Below, piece by piece: positions 10,763 to 24,100 of a stretch of DNA of 64,000 nt (positions are counted from its first letter, which is position 1; each line of letters begins with the position of its first letter). The stretch spans positions 620,001-684,000 of the forward strand of contig OZ237746.1 in NCBI GenBank assembly GCA_965178125.1, read 5' to 3'. The translations under genes were made by a program, and so were the position numbers. The stretch is from Bilabrum cf. latius (lineage: Eukaryota). Below the pieces are notes generated by a model. It was given only the letters and a program-made list of their open reading frames with translations, was not told where the DNA came from and searched no databases.

Positions 10763-13700
10763 TTAGGTCCTAGCGGTCCTGTAGTCGCGGTAGAAGGCAA
10801 GCAGCCTCTCAGATATCTGAGGGGAAATATCACCCGCAGCAGCTTCCAAATCTGCCTGCGACACCATCACGTCAGACCGTTTGATCTCGCCGATGAACTC
10901 GCCACATTGGCGGTCCTCTGCACCCAACTCCCCCTGGCCACTATCCCCTGCAGTCACTCGCCTTCCCCTCCCCTCGATACCCCCCGCCGGCCCCTCCCTC
11001 CCCTCGATACCCCCCCCCTGCCCCTCCCTCCCCTTGATGGCCCTCCCCTGCCCCTCCCTCCCCTTGATGGCCCTCCCCAGCGCCCGCATCACGGCCCCTT
11101 TGCCCACCGCAGCACACTCGGCCCCACTGAACCCATCCGTGAGCGCCTGCAGCCGCACCCAGTCGGGCTTGCGAGCCCCGCCTGCAGTGAGCGCCTTGCC
11201 CAGCCCCGCCCGGATGATGGCCTGCCTCGCCTTGCCACTCGGCGGTCCCACCAGCACGTGCCTATCCAGCCGCCCTGGCCTCACGAGGGCATCGTCAAGA
11301 AGATCCGGCCTGTTCGTTGCAGCCACCACGCTCACTCCGCCCCTGCCACCCGCCCCGTCCATCTCCATCAGCAGCTGGTTGACCACCCTGTCTCGCACCG
11401 ATGCACCCCCCCCACCCCCTCCCCCTGACCCCCGCTTGGGGGCAAGAGCGTCCACTTCGTCCAGAAACACCACGCACGGGCTCGCCCTCCTCGCCGCGGC
11501 AAACAGCCTGGCCACCGCCTTCTCAGAGTCGCCCACGTACTTGCTCAGCAGCTCGCCGCCCTTGACCGACAGGAAGCTGGCTCCCACCCTGGTTGCAACC
11601 GCTCTGGCGAGCATGGTCTTGGAGCACCCGGGGGGCCCGTACAGCAGCACGCCCCCCGGAGGATCCACACCCATGGCCCGCAGCGCGCCAGCGTGCCTTG
11701 AGGGCCACTCCACCGCTTCCAACAGCGCCTCTTTGGCCACCCTTTGCCCGTGTACATCCTCCCACTTGGTGTCGGGGCGCAGGGCTGCCAGCTCTCTAAG
11801 CGCTGTGGGGCGCGTGCGAGCCAAGGCGACCTGCAGGCAGTGCTCAATGTCCGTGGGTCCCGGGGTAGGGGGGGCGGAGACCGGCGACTAAGAATCGAGG
11901 GAGCTACCACCTGCAGCAGGGATTGCCGAGCCGAAAGGGGACACATTGCCGCTTGATATGGCGCTCTACGCGTTGTCTTTAGTACCTATTCCGCTAGCTC
12001 CCTCGGATGATGCAGTGGTGCCAGCTGCATCCGGCGCTGATCTATGCATGGGCCGCTCGTCTGGTGCAGTAGCTGCTCTTGCGTTAGACCTGCCTCGTTG
12101 CATGCCCATCTCTTCCAGGACTCGCCTGCGCATCGACACCAGATCGCCCGGCATATACCCAGCGAGCTTCCGAGCCAGAGGTGCACTCGCAGATACACCA
12201 CCTTCTCCCTGGGATCCAATTGTTCCCTGGCCCACCTCCCGCATCATCGTCCGCACCGCCTCCTCCAGTACCTCGCCAGAAGGCGGGTCTGCCTCAATCA
12301 CGCAGTCCAGGCGACCCACCCCACGCAAGGAGGCAGGTATGCTGCTCTGGCTCGATGCAGTGGCGATCACGAGAGGCACCAGAGGTACCGGCTGGTTTTG
12401 TCGTTGAGTACCGTCGTGTGACGAGTGCGAAGGGGGCACCAGGCCAGCTAGTTCCTCCAAGCTTTTGTTTTGCCCCACGGATGCGCTGCCTTGTCGTGTG
12501 CCGGGACCCTCGGCTTCGAGCGCATCGCCCGACACCAGGTCCTGACTGTCTTGCTGGTGCAAATGCTGGTGCAAACGCTGGTGCTGGTGCTCCTCTCTAT
12601 TACGACCCACGGACAGTACGCCGTCTAAGGCACCAGTGACCGCACTGGTGACACGGCTGACTCGCGCAGCATCTGCACCCACCCCGTCCCCTGGCTCTCC
12701 CCCGCCACCGGCATCACCGCCGCCCACTGCTGCCCCCAGCAGCACATCAAGACGGTCCAGCAGCAGGACAACCGGCACACCCTAGTTGCCAGCCCGCTGG
12801 GCGCTGCTGCACGCCGCTGCAATCGCGGCTTCCGCCTATCCGCTGAATGGCAGGGCAGCCATGCCTCGGCAGTCCACGCGCCGCAGGGACACGGCGGGCG
12901 GAGCAACAGCAAGGGCGGCAGAGCCAGCGGGCCCGCGGGCACGGGAAGCGGCCGCAGCTGCCGCAAGCCGGCGAGCATGAGCAGCAGCGGCCAGTAGTGC
13001 ACTCGCCGCCTGTGCTCCCGCCTCGGGGGGACCCACCACCACTAGGCCCCTGGGAGGGGGCAACCGGGGGATCGAGGAGGAGCCGCGGCGCGCCGCTGCA
13101 TCCTCTGGGCCGGGTGCACGCGTCCCGGCTGCAACCTGCGACTCGGTTGCAGCCGCGCTGACCCATCGATCGAGAACGGCCCTACTTCCGTTCACGATGG
13201 CCTTGAGCAGGGGTCCCAGGGCCAGCACGCGCGCCTGTCTGGCACAAGACACCCGGAGCGCTTCGGCCTGCGCCTGCATACCCGCCGCCGCCTGGGGGAC
13301 CACATGGCCAGTAGAAGGCCCCAGTTTCAGGGTAACGCCGGGTTCCTTTGCCTATGTCTCTGTCTTGTCTGCGGTGCTCGCTCTCCCCGGCGGGGAAGGG
13401 GCCCGACCTTGCACTTGCGATGGCGCGATCAAGGCGAACCGAGTGCTCGCTGCAATCGCTACCGCCACGCCCCTCGGTGCCTCCACGGTTGTGACGTCCT
13501 CTTGTTTACTGGCAGTAAAATACTCAATGGAGTCTAATGTTTTGCCAGCGGCAGGGCCAGTGGCAGCTGCTGGAGGCGAAGATGACGATGGGACGAGCAC
13601 ACGGCGAATTCTGGCCACAACCGGTGCGGGGGATGCGCCGTGTCTGATCGCAGCGGGAGAGCGAGATGCTGGCACCACAAGAATAAACCCTCCCGATGCA

Positions 13701-14203
13701 ACGAATCTAGGGCAGAACAGTGGCGAAGCCTGCCCGCCGGTCCGCCAGGGACCAGTCGTGGCAGATGCAGATGCCGACCATGCGGGTGGCTCCAGCTCGA
13801 CCACGGCAGCAGGTGCATCCAATATATCGAGGGGCATAACCGCGCAGTCTGTCGGAGAATGAGCTATCGTGTCGTAAGGCAGACCATTTCCCTAAGATCT
13901 GGCGGATTTCGATACCAGTGGCTGTGCAGATGCTACCACAGCCGAAGCCGCTTCATTTCGAACCATACGCTCTCCTTGCGAGCGAGATGGCCACGCCGTG
14001 CAAGTGATTGCGCAAGGTATTCTAGTTTGGTTTACGATTAAGTTGATCAGCAATGCCACCGGTTGCCCAGCCCCGGCACGAAGACTTGCAAGTACCTTGG
14101 GATTGACCAACAGAAGACTGCCGTTGCTTACTGCATCTCGAGATACAGACGCACCTGGTGCTTGCAAAACCCCTTGCCACTACCGGCGTTCTCGCTATCG
14201 CAT
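10763..14203 (-). CDS. AFG2: AFG2/SPATA5(Drg1)-like double-ring AAA+ ATPase, ~1146 aa
   Basis: D2 has [13 protein letters not shown] (the CSKT Walker A typical of AFG2/SPATA5), VFLDEVD and ATNRPDLLDDALVRPGRLD. A degenerate D1 lies upstream. Five track ORFs share one frame, joined by TAGs at 14195, 14180, 13892, 13352, 12836, 12782, 11966 and 11888; ends at TAA 10763-10765. Confidence 0.8.
10966..11077 (-). repeat. Imperfect 27-bp tandem repeat (RAIKGREGQG / GGIEGREG) inside the AAA D2 lid region
   Basis: About four visible units of ccctccctcccc-containing sequence. Confidence 0.75.
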
Positions 14204-14384
14204 GGCTGCACTCGACATTGCACGCTATATCTAGTCTAGCAGTTAATATTGCCAGTTGCCGCGCCGGCGCCGAGTGGTCCGTGTGTGATGATCCCAGCCC
14301 TTCGGCCGAAAATTTGCAAGAACGTACAATAGATCAGACAGCTGTGACCTACCTTTCATCAATTATTCGCACTAGACTTCGGAA

Positions 14385-15374
14385 ATGAGTTTTGTTCCCG
14401 GATTTGGAAGTAGGAGCTCTGAACCATACAGGCCCGCACCAGGAGAAGACCCATCCGGTGGTGCGGATCCATCCGTGGATTCAGGGAGCCCGGCTCCAGC
14501 TCCAGCGCCAGCTCCAGCGCCAGCTCCAGCGCCAGCTCCAGCGCCAGCTCCAGCGCCAGCTCCAGCGCCAGCTCCAGCTCCAGCTCCAACTCCAGCTCCA
14601 GCTCCAGCGCCAGCTCCAGGTCTGGGTGGCTTCGCAGGACGTGGGGCTGGTGGAATGGGAGGAATGGGAGGAATGCCTGGAATGGGAGGAATGGGAGGAA
14701 TGCCTGGAATGGGAGGAATGCCTGGAATGGGAGGAATGCCTGGAATGGGAGGAATGCCTGGAATGGGAGGAATGATGGATGACATGAGCAGAATGATGGC
14801 GCAACAGCAAGAGGACATGGCAAAGGAGCATCGGCGAATGGCTGAGCAGATGGCTGCTCAGCGTCAGCAAATGGGAGGCATGGGCATGGGGGGTGGCGTG
14901 GGGGGCATGGGCATGGGAGGTGGCATGGCCCAACGAATGGCAATGCAGCATCAGATGCTGGCCTAGAAACAAGCCGCTATGATGGGCGGCATGATGGGCG
15001 GCATGATGGGCCGTATGGGCGGCATGGGCGGCATGGGCGGTGCGCCAGCTCCTGCCCCTACAGCCCCGGCGGATGCCCCATCGAAGGAGGATCGATCGGA
15101 GCAGCTTCGGAAGGAGGAGTGGCGGCTATAGAAGACCTCTGAGAAGGACAAGATCGCCGTGCTGAAAGACATCGTGCTGAAGCTAGGCCAGAGGGTCACG
15201 GCAAAGGAGGCGAAGGGGCTGCTGGGGAGCGTGGCGCTGGGCCGCAAGCACATGGTGCTGGGGGCTGAGATCCTGTACCAGGTCTGCACAGACCCGGAGA
15301 ATTTCAAAGAAGAGGCCCTGTTTGGGATGTGGTCCAAGGAGAAGGAGGAGGTGGTGAGGAGGCTGGGGCTGTGA
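14385..15374 (+). CDS. Pro/Ala- and Gly/Met-rich protein with a C-terminal DUF4476-like helical domain, ~329 aa
   Basis: Track ORFs 14385-14966 and 15159-15374 are in frame, joined through TAGs at 14964 and 15129 (context QHQMLA-x-KQAAMM). The C-terminus DKIAVLK...T..E...LL...ILY...DPENF resembles DUF4476 from memory. Confidence 0.65.
14493..14773 (+). repeat. (Ala-Pro)n hexamer array followed by GGM/GGMPGM 9-18 bp repeats
   Basis: Visible gctcca/gcgcca and ggaatgggagga(atgcct) tandem units. Confidence 0.9.
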
Positions 15375-15542
15375 ATGGATGGGTGGTGAGGGTTATGGTG
15401 GTCCTCACGAGGGAGTGATAGGGGAGAGATGTCCCCTAGCATTGCACTGTGTTCGTGCATCTGCACTGGCCTTGCACTGTGTTCGTACATATGTGCCTCG
15501 GTGATTTCATCATGAAATTGCTCTATCAACCATCTACACCTC

Positions 15543-16580
15543 TCACGGAATGGCCTCCCCTCCAGCACCCGCACCGTTGTCCCCTCCAGCACCCGCACCC
15601 TTCTCCCCTCCAGCACCCGCACCCTTGTCCCCTCCAGCACCCGCCCCCTTGTCCCCTCCATCACCCGCCCCCTTGTCCCCTCCATCACCCGCACCCTTGT
15701 CCCCTCCATCACCCGCCCCCTTGTCCCCTCCATTCCTGCCAATTGCTTGATCCGCCCAGGCAGCCCGTGCTGTCCTCTTTGCCTTCGTCAGCTGGTCCTT
15801 AACATCCTTGCGCCCCATCGCTATCGCTGCAATGCACTGCACGTCGCCTTCGCTCTTCGGATATGTCGCGGTGTCGAAGAGCCCCTCCGGCACTGGCACC
15901 CCTGCCATCACCCGGAGGCAGAGGTCTACAGCCCCGCGGAGGGCGCGGGAGTCTGGCTCTAATCGTACTGCAAGTCGGAGAGCCGACATGCACCGTGGGT
16001 CTGGCATGGATCCCCTGTGTGCACTTCTCAGTTGCTCGCTTGCGTGCTCGTCCCGACCGGCGCTTGAGCTCGACTTGGTCTCGCTCAATTGAGCCCGGCT
16101 CAGGCTCGGCGCAAGCTAGCCCCTTGCGAGTGCTGCCTATAGGCATAATCCCAACCTGTACCACCCAAGAGCAAGGCTTGGAACTTCGACCAGGACAGCA
16201 ACAAGACAATCAAGTGCCTCTCCAAATTGATGGCGAGACGCGCATTTCTCGGCTTCTTCAAGATTGCATACATACTTGTCTAACTTTGGATTGATGTCGG
16301 AAGCACCTGCGAATGTCTTAGTCGCAGTTGAACTAAGTTGGGGACACATCAGCAGGCATTTCACAAGCTCGAACCTGTCTAGTCCACCGAGCCAAGTCTG
16401 GGACGAATGGGCGCTTTTCGAAAGCATAGAAGGAGGCACTGGTTTCGGTACACCGTCTGCCTGGGTCTTGTCATATAATTCCCGCAACAAACCCAATGGA
16501 TTCGAAGATCTTTCGACCGTTGCACTCGCTTCCGCAGGTGCGGCAGCCGGCATAGCCCCGCTTGTCCCTGTAGTGGACAT
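15543..16580 (-). CDS. TPR-like protein with a C-terminal GGDKGAG(A/D) repeat, ~345 aa
   Basis: Track ORFs 16137-16703 and 15543-16088 are joined by TAGs at 16137 and 16116. TPR-like segments FGEALDCL...ALGWYRLGLCL and ALRLAVRLEPDS; ends at TGA. Confidence 0.6.
15556..15732 (-). repeat. 24-bp minisatellite, about 7 units (GGDKGAGA/D)
   Basis: Units of cccttgtcccctcca(g/t)cacccgc(a/c) are directly visible. Confidence 0.9.
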
Positions 16581-16777
16581 TGCCGCTTCTGAAGAGCCTT
16601 GATATGCTCTCATTTCAAAGTTATCGTTGCATAGTACAGCGCGGACCCTGCGAGTGTTGAGTACGCTCAGTTTAGCATGCACGAACCGGAGCCAGAACGC
16701 CAATCGTGCCAGTATAATCGTGTTGTATCAAGTTGCTGCCTAAATTGAATCAAACCCAACCAAGTTTGTTGAGCCAA

Positions 16778-18088
16778 TCATCCTCGTCTCGAGTTTGGCT
16801 TCCTGCGTCGACCTGACCGCCGCCCGTTGCTCGCCTCGGCGGCCTCACCTGCCACTTGCGACCCACCGCCCTCCGAGGACGCCATCCCACTCGCATCGGA
16901 ATCGGTGCGGCGCCGCTTAGAGGCTGGCTCCTGTTCAGCGCTACCCCTGTCTCCATCCCCGCGCTGCTCTCCATCACCCCCACCCCCCTGGTCACCGCCC
17001 TCCCCCTCCCCCTCCCCCTCCTCCTCCAGCACGTCCCCGCCCCGCCGCGAGAAAGACGCCAGGGCGGCCGCTGCATCCAACGCGGTGCCTGGAGGCGACT
17101 TCTCTTCAGCAGTCGGCCTGCTGCGCTTCCTCCCACGACCCCCCCCGCCGCCGCCACCTCCGCCCCTGCCCCGGCCGCCGGGCCCTCCGCTGCTGCTGCT
17201 GCTGCTGCGCCCGCGGCCCCTGGCCCCTTCCTTCTGGTTCTCCTTCTCTCGCCCCCTGCCCCCTCGACCCCTGCTCTCCCCGCTGCCACCGGACCCCTCC
17301 AGGTCACCCGGTTGCAACCTCGGGAGCATGCTGCCGTACCTGTCCCGCGCCAGCACCGCCGCCTGCACGTACAGCCGGAACACGCCCGGCTGCAGGCCAG
17401 TCATGTGCTGCAGCGTCATTTCGCCGCTCTCCACGGCCGCCGGATCCCCGGAAGAAAGATTCTCCGCGATTCTGGCGGCGAGCACCATGGCCATGGGCAC
17501 TGATGCCGCCTCGGGCGGGTGCTCCGGTGGCTTGTAGGGCGGCCTCCTCGACCTCATCCTGAGCACCGCTTCCTCGTCTTTGGCCAGGGTGTCCGCCCCG
17601 CTGTTGCGCTGGGGTGTGGACAAACCCACGGCCTGGGGCCCCCCGGCGTGCATGATGGCCACGGCGCGGTGCAGGAAGGGACCCACGGCCTGCAGCGCGG
17701 CCGGGTCACCATCGGGCACGGCCACCACCTGCAGCACGCTCATCAGCGCGGGGTTCCCCAGGATGGGCTCGCCGTTCGCGGGCACGTTGCGCATGCGGCC
17801 CTGCCGGCGGAGGGCGTCGGCTGCGCGCGCGGCGCCCGGTTCCGCACCTGGGGCGGGGGATGACTGGCTGGCAGCAGATCTGGCGGCTCTGCGCCTGCCC
17901 TGCGGAGTGCCGAGGTCGTTGTCGTTGCTGGAGCTGGAGCTGCTGCTCTTCCGGTTCGACGGAGAGGCTCCACCACCACTGCCGGTTTGACCACTGTTTG
18001 CCTGGACACCTGTTTGGCCACCCACGTGCAGCGGAGGGGGGCGCCCTCCAGCGTGCCGCGGGGGCGTCTGCGCTGCGGCAGGATGCTG

Positions 18089-18125
<37 letters not shown>

Positions 18126-21100
18126 GAATGCCGCCCATGCGCCGGCCCAGACCCAGACGCAGCACCAGCACCCGAAGAGGATGAGAGGGCGGAGGAAAGG
18201 CCAGGCGTTGCGACGGCGGCAGCTGCGGCTGCTGCAGCAGCAGCCGCAGCATTGCCGTCCGGGTTCCCGGTGGCTGCAACGGAAAGCCCCCCCACACCGC
18301 CGCTGCTCCCGCCACTAGTTTCGAATCCTCCCATCCCGCCCGCGCTACCCCTTGGCTCCTGCCGCGCCCGTGCCGCAGCTGCCGCAGCCACACCGGCTCT
18401 GAGCGCAGACGTGAGCGCTGTCCTGTGCAGACCCCCGGCCAGTGTTCCCTGCGGCAGGTCCGCTGGCTGCAGCAGGGACAGGGCCTGATCTGCCAGCCAG
18501 GCGGCTCGTGCCTGCGGGCCGGTTCCAACGGGCGCATGACCAGAGCTGCTGCTGCCTGAGCCCGATCCTGTGCCTGCAGCTCCGACTTCGCCGTCTCCAG
18601 CAGCTGCCTTGCTGCCGGGCCCAGGCAGCTCGCCCTCTGCAGCGGCGCTGGTGTCCGAGCCTGTGGAGCTCCTCGAGTTCTCGTCCGACTGCTGCTCTTG
18701 CTCTTGCTGCTGCTGCTGCTGTGCATGCACGGACGCACCCGGTGCTCCCCCCATGGACGAAGCGGCTGCCGGAGCGGTCTTGTTCCCCCGGACACCCGAG
18801 GACTCGGGCCCGGGCAGCTGCGCCACCAGCCTGTTGGCCAGCGAGGCCAGGGCAACGACGACTCCGGCGCCGCTGGACTCCAGCCCCTGGGGCCCCAGCC
18901 TGCTGGCCACGGCAGCCTCAGCCGCCTTGAGAGGAGACATCCCGGGGGCGCCCCTGGCACCGGCACCGCTGGCGGCGCGAGCCGCGGCCCGAGCAGCGAT
19001 GGCCCGCGCCTCTGCCAGTGCCACTGCCGACAGCTGTGCGTCGTCTCCGTGGGCCAGGCCGCCGTCCGTGCCAGCACCAGCACCACCACCACCGTTGCTA
19101 GAGGTGCCAGCGCCAGAGCTACTGCTGCCACCCATCCCGCCGTCAGCTCCGTCCAGTGCCGCATCCACCGCCGCCACCACGGCAGCGCGGTCAAACAGCG
19201 CCCCCACGGACCGCTCCCCTGTGGCCGCGCCGGGACCGATCCGGCCGCCTGCCGCGGGAGACACAAGCGCAGAGGGGGGCGGGCCGCTGCGGGATTGCGA
19301 CGCGACCGCCATCGAGGATGAGGACGAGGACGAGGACGGCGGCGGCAGGCCGGCAGCTGAAGGGTGCTGGGCGAAGGATGAGGCAGACCTGCGCGAGCCG
19401 CCTGGGCCGGCCCTCGGCACCTGTCCGTCTCTGGAGGAGGACGCCTCTTCCGGCTCCGAATCCAGGGGAACGGAAGGCCCCGGTGTCAGCGTGACTCCGG
19501 CTCCGAGTCCGGCGCCCGGCCTCGCGCCTCGCCTGGTGCGGCCCAGCCCAACGCTGCCCCTCCCATCGTCGTCCTCGTCCTCCTCCTCGTCCTCGTTCTC
19601 GTCCTCGCTCCGGTGCCCTCGGGATCCGCTGTTGCTCGTCCTGGCTGCGCCCACGCCGGCCTCACCCAGCGCCAATGACGCTTCGATCGAGCCGGCCGCC
19701 GCGGTGGCCTCGCCGCTGTCGCCTCCCGGGGGCTCTGCAGCCAATGTGGCGGGTCTGGAGCGGGGCTTGGCGGGGGGTGATCTCAGCAAATCGTCCATCC
19801 CCGGGGGAATTCCCCCCCCGTTGTTCCCTCCAGACCCAGACCCAGACCCAGACCCAGACCCCGGCGCATCCTCCTCCTCCTCTTCATCCTCGTCCCGATC
19901 CGCCTCGGATTCAGGCGCGCCAAGGGCCCGTCCACGACCGTGCACTGCACCCTGCCCCGCTGCAGTATTACCTCCTCCTCCTCCTCCTCCTCCTCCAATT
20001 CTGCCCGTGCTCGACCCCCCGGGGCCTCCGCCCGTTGCCCCACCGCCGGTCCCGCCCCTGGGGCCGGTGCCCGCCCCTGCCACGGCGGACCGCTGCAGCA
20101 TGTTGGCCACTGCCTGCGGGCTGGTCTGCGTGACGCTCGCCGGGCTGGCCAGCGATCCACCGGTGGACGTCCCGGTGCCACCAGTCCCAGTACCGGGCGT
20201 GTCTCCCCCACCCCCGCCGTACGAGCCCACTCGAAGGGGCAACGGCGCGCTCCCGTCCTCGCCCCCCGGACCACCGCCGCCGCTGTTCCCTCGGTGTCTC
20301 CTCGCCCTGCCAGCGCCTGGGGCCTCCCCAGAACCGCCCCCGGCCACCGAAGCGCTTCCGACCGAGCCCACGGAATCCACCCGCCGCAGGCCGCCCCTGC
20401 CCCCCGGCTGGCTGGTCGTGGCCTCGGCTCGCCTACCCGTGGCTCTCCGCCGCCCCCGCACCGCAATGCCTGCACCCCCAGCGGCTCCGCCCCGTGCCCC
20501 CGCAGCAGGAGCGCCGGGCTTGGCTCTCTCTTTGTCGGTGGCAGCTGCCTACCCAGTCTGCGGGGTATCCGCAGGGGAGGACGAGGAGGACGCTCCGTTT
20601 GTCCCAGACCCACTATCCCCGCCGGCCTCGTCCCCGCCTTCCATGGGCTACTGCCCCGAACCAGCACCCGCGCCAGCCCCGGCCCCGGCCCCGGCCGACT
20701 CGCCTGCCGCTGCCGTTCCCCCGCTGAAGCTCAGCTGCCTGACCACCGCGCCGCCCCTACCGCCGGCAAGGGGCGGCAGCACCCCGCCGGTGGATGCCTC
20801 CCCCCCGCCCTTGCCAGCTGCCCCGGACACCACGGGCGAGCTGTCCCTGCCTGCACCGCTGCCCAGCCCCCCGGGAGAGCCCGGGCTGAAGATTCGGCTC
20901 CGGATCTTCCCGGCGCCCGCGCCCGTCTCCCTCCCAGCCCCCTTCTTGCCAGCATTGCGCCCGACGTCTCGAGCACCCGCCGCCGCGGCTCCGGCGCCCT
21001 TGTTCCCCACCGCCCCGCCGACAGCGCCTGCTCCGACCTTGCCCGCTGCGCCGGCCCGCGCCCTGGATCCGGCCGCGCCCACTGCCCCCGTGCCCGCCCC

Positions 21101-24100
21101 GGCGTCCTTCGCACTCATCACACTCCCAGAGGGAGACACCTGCACGGACGCTACTCCGGTGCTGCCCGGGACACGCCGCCCCGCGCCCACGCCCATGCCC
21201 ATGCCCATGCCCATGCCGCCGAGGTCTGGGCTCCCCACCAGCCCCGACGCAGCCAGGCTGCGCGCTGGAGACCCCTTCTGCTGCTTCGTCGGCTTCCTGC
21301 CCGCAGCGGCGCCCGCTCGTCCAGGCCCCCCCTGTTCCCCCACCCGCTTTCCCATGTCCCTGGACCCCTGGCCCAGCCCCTCCCCTGATCCAGAGGGCGT
21401 TGGGAAGTCGGGCGGGGCAGACGAAGACTCGGAGCGGTCTCTAGCGCGAGCCGCGGCTGCTGCTGCTGCTGCTGCAGCCGCGGAGGCCCTCGACCTCCGA
21501 CCACCCTGCCTGCGGCTGCGGCTAGGGGGTCGGCTGGGGCGGCCCCCGCCCGCTGCCGAGGCAGAGGCCGCATCATCGTCCTCCATGGCACCATCCTCGC
21601 TCCCTGCGTTCAGACCGCCGGTCTCATTGTTCCCTGACGATCGCTGCTGTGCCGCCACGGTGCCCATGGGCTGCAAGGGGGGCAGCCCAGCGGCTCCCTC
21701 CACCGCCGCAGCGCTGGCCGCGGGCCCAAGGACGTCCCCGTGGTCCCCACCGCCCCCGCTGCCACCCGCACCCCCCTCCCTCAGCCGCTGCGCCCTCCCG
21801 GCAGTCAGCACCACCACCGTCCCGCTGGCTTCGTCCTGCAGCACCCCGCCGGCGAGCCCCCTCCCCGCGCTGCTGCCCAGGTCCGCCTGTTCCCCATCGG
21901 CTCCTGACTGCGAGGCAGCCACGCTCGCGGGCGAGGAGGCGAGCTGGGGAGGTCGAGCCCTGGGCCGGCGCGCGGTGCCGCCGCCCAGGATCGCTTCCAG
22001 AGTTCCCGCCCCGGGGCCGGGTCCAAACTCGACCCCGCCGCCGCCGGTCGACGCGGCGCCGGACAGCACGGCTTCTAGAGTGCCGGCCGCACTGCGGGGC
22101 CGCCGCAGGCCGCTCGTGTCGGGCGCCCCCAGCGCTCTCGCCGCCCGCCCGATGCTCCCCGCCCGCCCCCGGCTTGTTCCCTGGTCCCCTAACCCGATCG
22201 CGGAGGCGAGTACGTCCAGCCCCGAGCGATGGCTCTGCGCCGAGTCGGGCGCCACGAGGCCGCGGGCCACGGCGGAGGGGGTCTGCTGCAGGTGGGCGAA
22301 ATTGGCCCCGATGCCCAGGCTGGCGCTGGGGTCGCGCACCGCCGACCGGGCCGCAGGCTGGGCCCCACCCCTCGTGCCGTGTGACGAGTGCCCCTCCTGC
22401 TGCTGCTGCTCCATCCTGTTTCTCCTGCTCTGAAACCTCTCCGCCCTGGTCCTAAGCATGGCGCGCTGCCTGCGGGTGCCCCCCGCCTCGGGGTCAAGCA
22501 CCATGGCCATCCCCACCCTTGATTCCGATTCCGAGTCGTCCCCGCCCCCTCCGCCGCCGCCGAGCCCCAGCGCCATGGCCAGCCCCATCCCGCCCCCCGC
22601 CGCGCTCTCCTCCCCCGGGCTCCTCTCCGACCCCCTCGTGGTGCGGCCCCCCCGCCCCCCCCCGCTCACGATGGACGCCGCGCTCTGCAAGAACCGAAAC
22701 GCGTTTGAGGCCGACCTCTGCCTCCCCCTGGAGGAGGGCGAGGACGAGGGCATCGAGGTGAGCGCCGAGGCAGCCACCGCGTGGGCGTCACCGCCGTCCT
22801 CCTCCTCCCCCTCGTCCCCCCCGCCGGCCCCGTACCCGTACCCGTCGCCACCCGCCTCCGCCGCAGCGACCACATCGCCGAGTCGCCCCAGGCCCACCTG
22901 CCCCGCATCCACACCTGCCAACGAGGTGGACGAGGCCCGGGCCCGGCCACTGCTGCGCCTCCTGCCATGCCCCGCGCCCACCGCACCCCCCTCTTCGTCC
23001 TCGTCCTCCTCTTCCCCAAACCCCCCACCGCGTCGCGCCGCCCTCCCTCTGCCCCCTCTCCTGCCCCTCGAGCGCCCCCTCATCCTCCCGATGATCGCGG
23101 CCTCGGCGTCATAGTCACCGTCCTCGTCCTCGTCCTCGTCGTCCACCATAGCGGCGCCGCGCCCCCCGCGACCACCCGAGCCTGCGGAACCGGCGCCGCG
23201 CCGACCCCTGGGGCTGCTGGCGCCGCTCCCACCCCCACCCCGCCGTCGCCTACTCCCCCGGGCAGTCCCCGAGGACGAGGAAGCAGAGGCCCGACCACCC
23301 CTTCCCCTCCGCGCGGCGCCGCCCGCTCCTGCGGAACCAGACGCCGGCACGACGAGACCCTGCACCCCCGCCGCCGAGGAAGAGGAGGACGACGTAGAGG
23401 AAGACCCGCCCCGCCCCCTGCCCCCGCCTGCGGAGGGTCTCTTGGCCGTCCCGTCGCCCACCAGGCCCTCCCTGACCATGTAGTCCAAAGCGGCGGTTTC
23501 CCTAGACTGCGCGGTATCAGTTGCCAGGATCTCTCCCCTCTTCTCCAGCGAGTCCACGGTCTGCCTCATGACCCGCTTGAGCGTGGAGTTGTACCTGTTC
23601 TTGAGCATGTTATCCGTCCTCCCCTCGATCCGCTGGGCGATGGCCGCCCATTTCGTCCCCAGCTCGATCTTGAGCCGCAGCAAGGTCTCGTCCTCCTCTG
23701 CCGAGAAGGGCGTCTTCTTGATGGAAGGGTCAAGGTGGTTGTACCACCGCTCCCTGCACTGCTTGCCCAGCCTGCCCCTGAGGTTCTATGCGATCAGGGA
23801 CCAGTTCTTGGTCCCTAGTCGCTCCACAAGGCTGATCACCAGCTCGTCCTCCTCTGCGGTCCAGGGCCCCTTCACCAGTCCTGGCTTGAGGACCTTCTGC
23901 CAGCGGTGGAGACACTGCACGTCCGTCCGACCGGGGAGGTGCTCGGCGATCGCCTTCCAGTTGCGGGCCTTGTGCTGCTCCACGGCCCGCCGGAGCTGGT
24001 CGTCCTGCGTGTGACGAGTGTGCGGGAGGGGTTCCGGAGGGCAAAGGGGATGCATCCGGTTTGTGGTGTGAGACGGCTGATGCAGTGGCCGTCGTGACAC

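Noticed and set aside
10214-10765. TAA also read through (ciliate-type UAR=Gln): the frame after the AFG2 TAA stays open (track ORF 10448-10723)
   Set aside because: AFG2 similarity ends just before the TAA, the extension would run about 300 bp into the convergent GT61 gene, and no internal TAA was found in any gene model.
18570-22433. 1287-aa + strand ORF and the many other long overlapping ORFs (e.g. 10881-11891, 34228-36087, 41096-41998)
   Set aside because: These are antisense or off-frame shadows of real genes in GC-rich low-complexity DNA and have no recognisable motifs.
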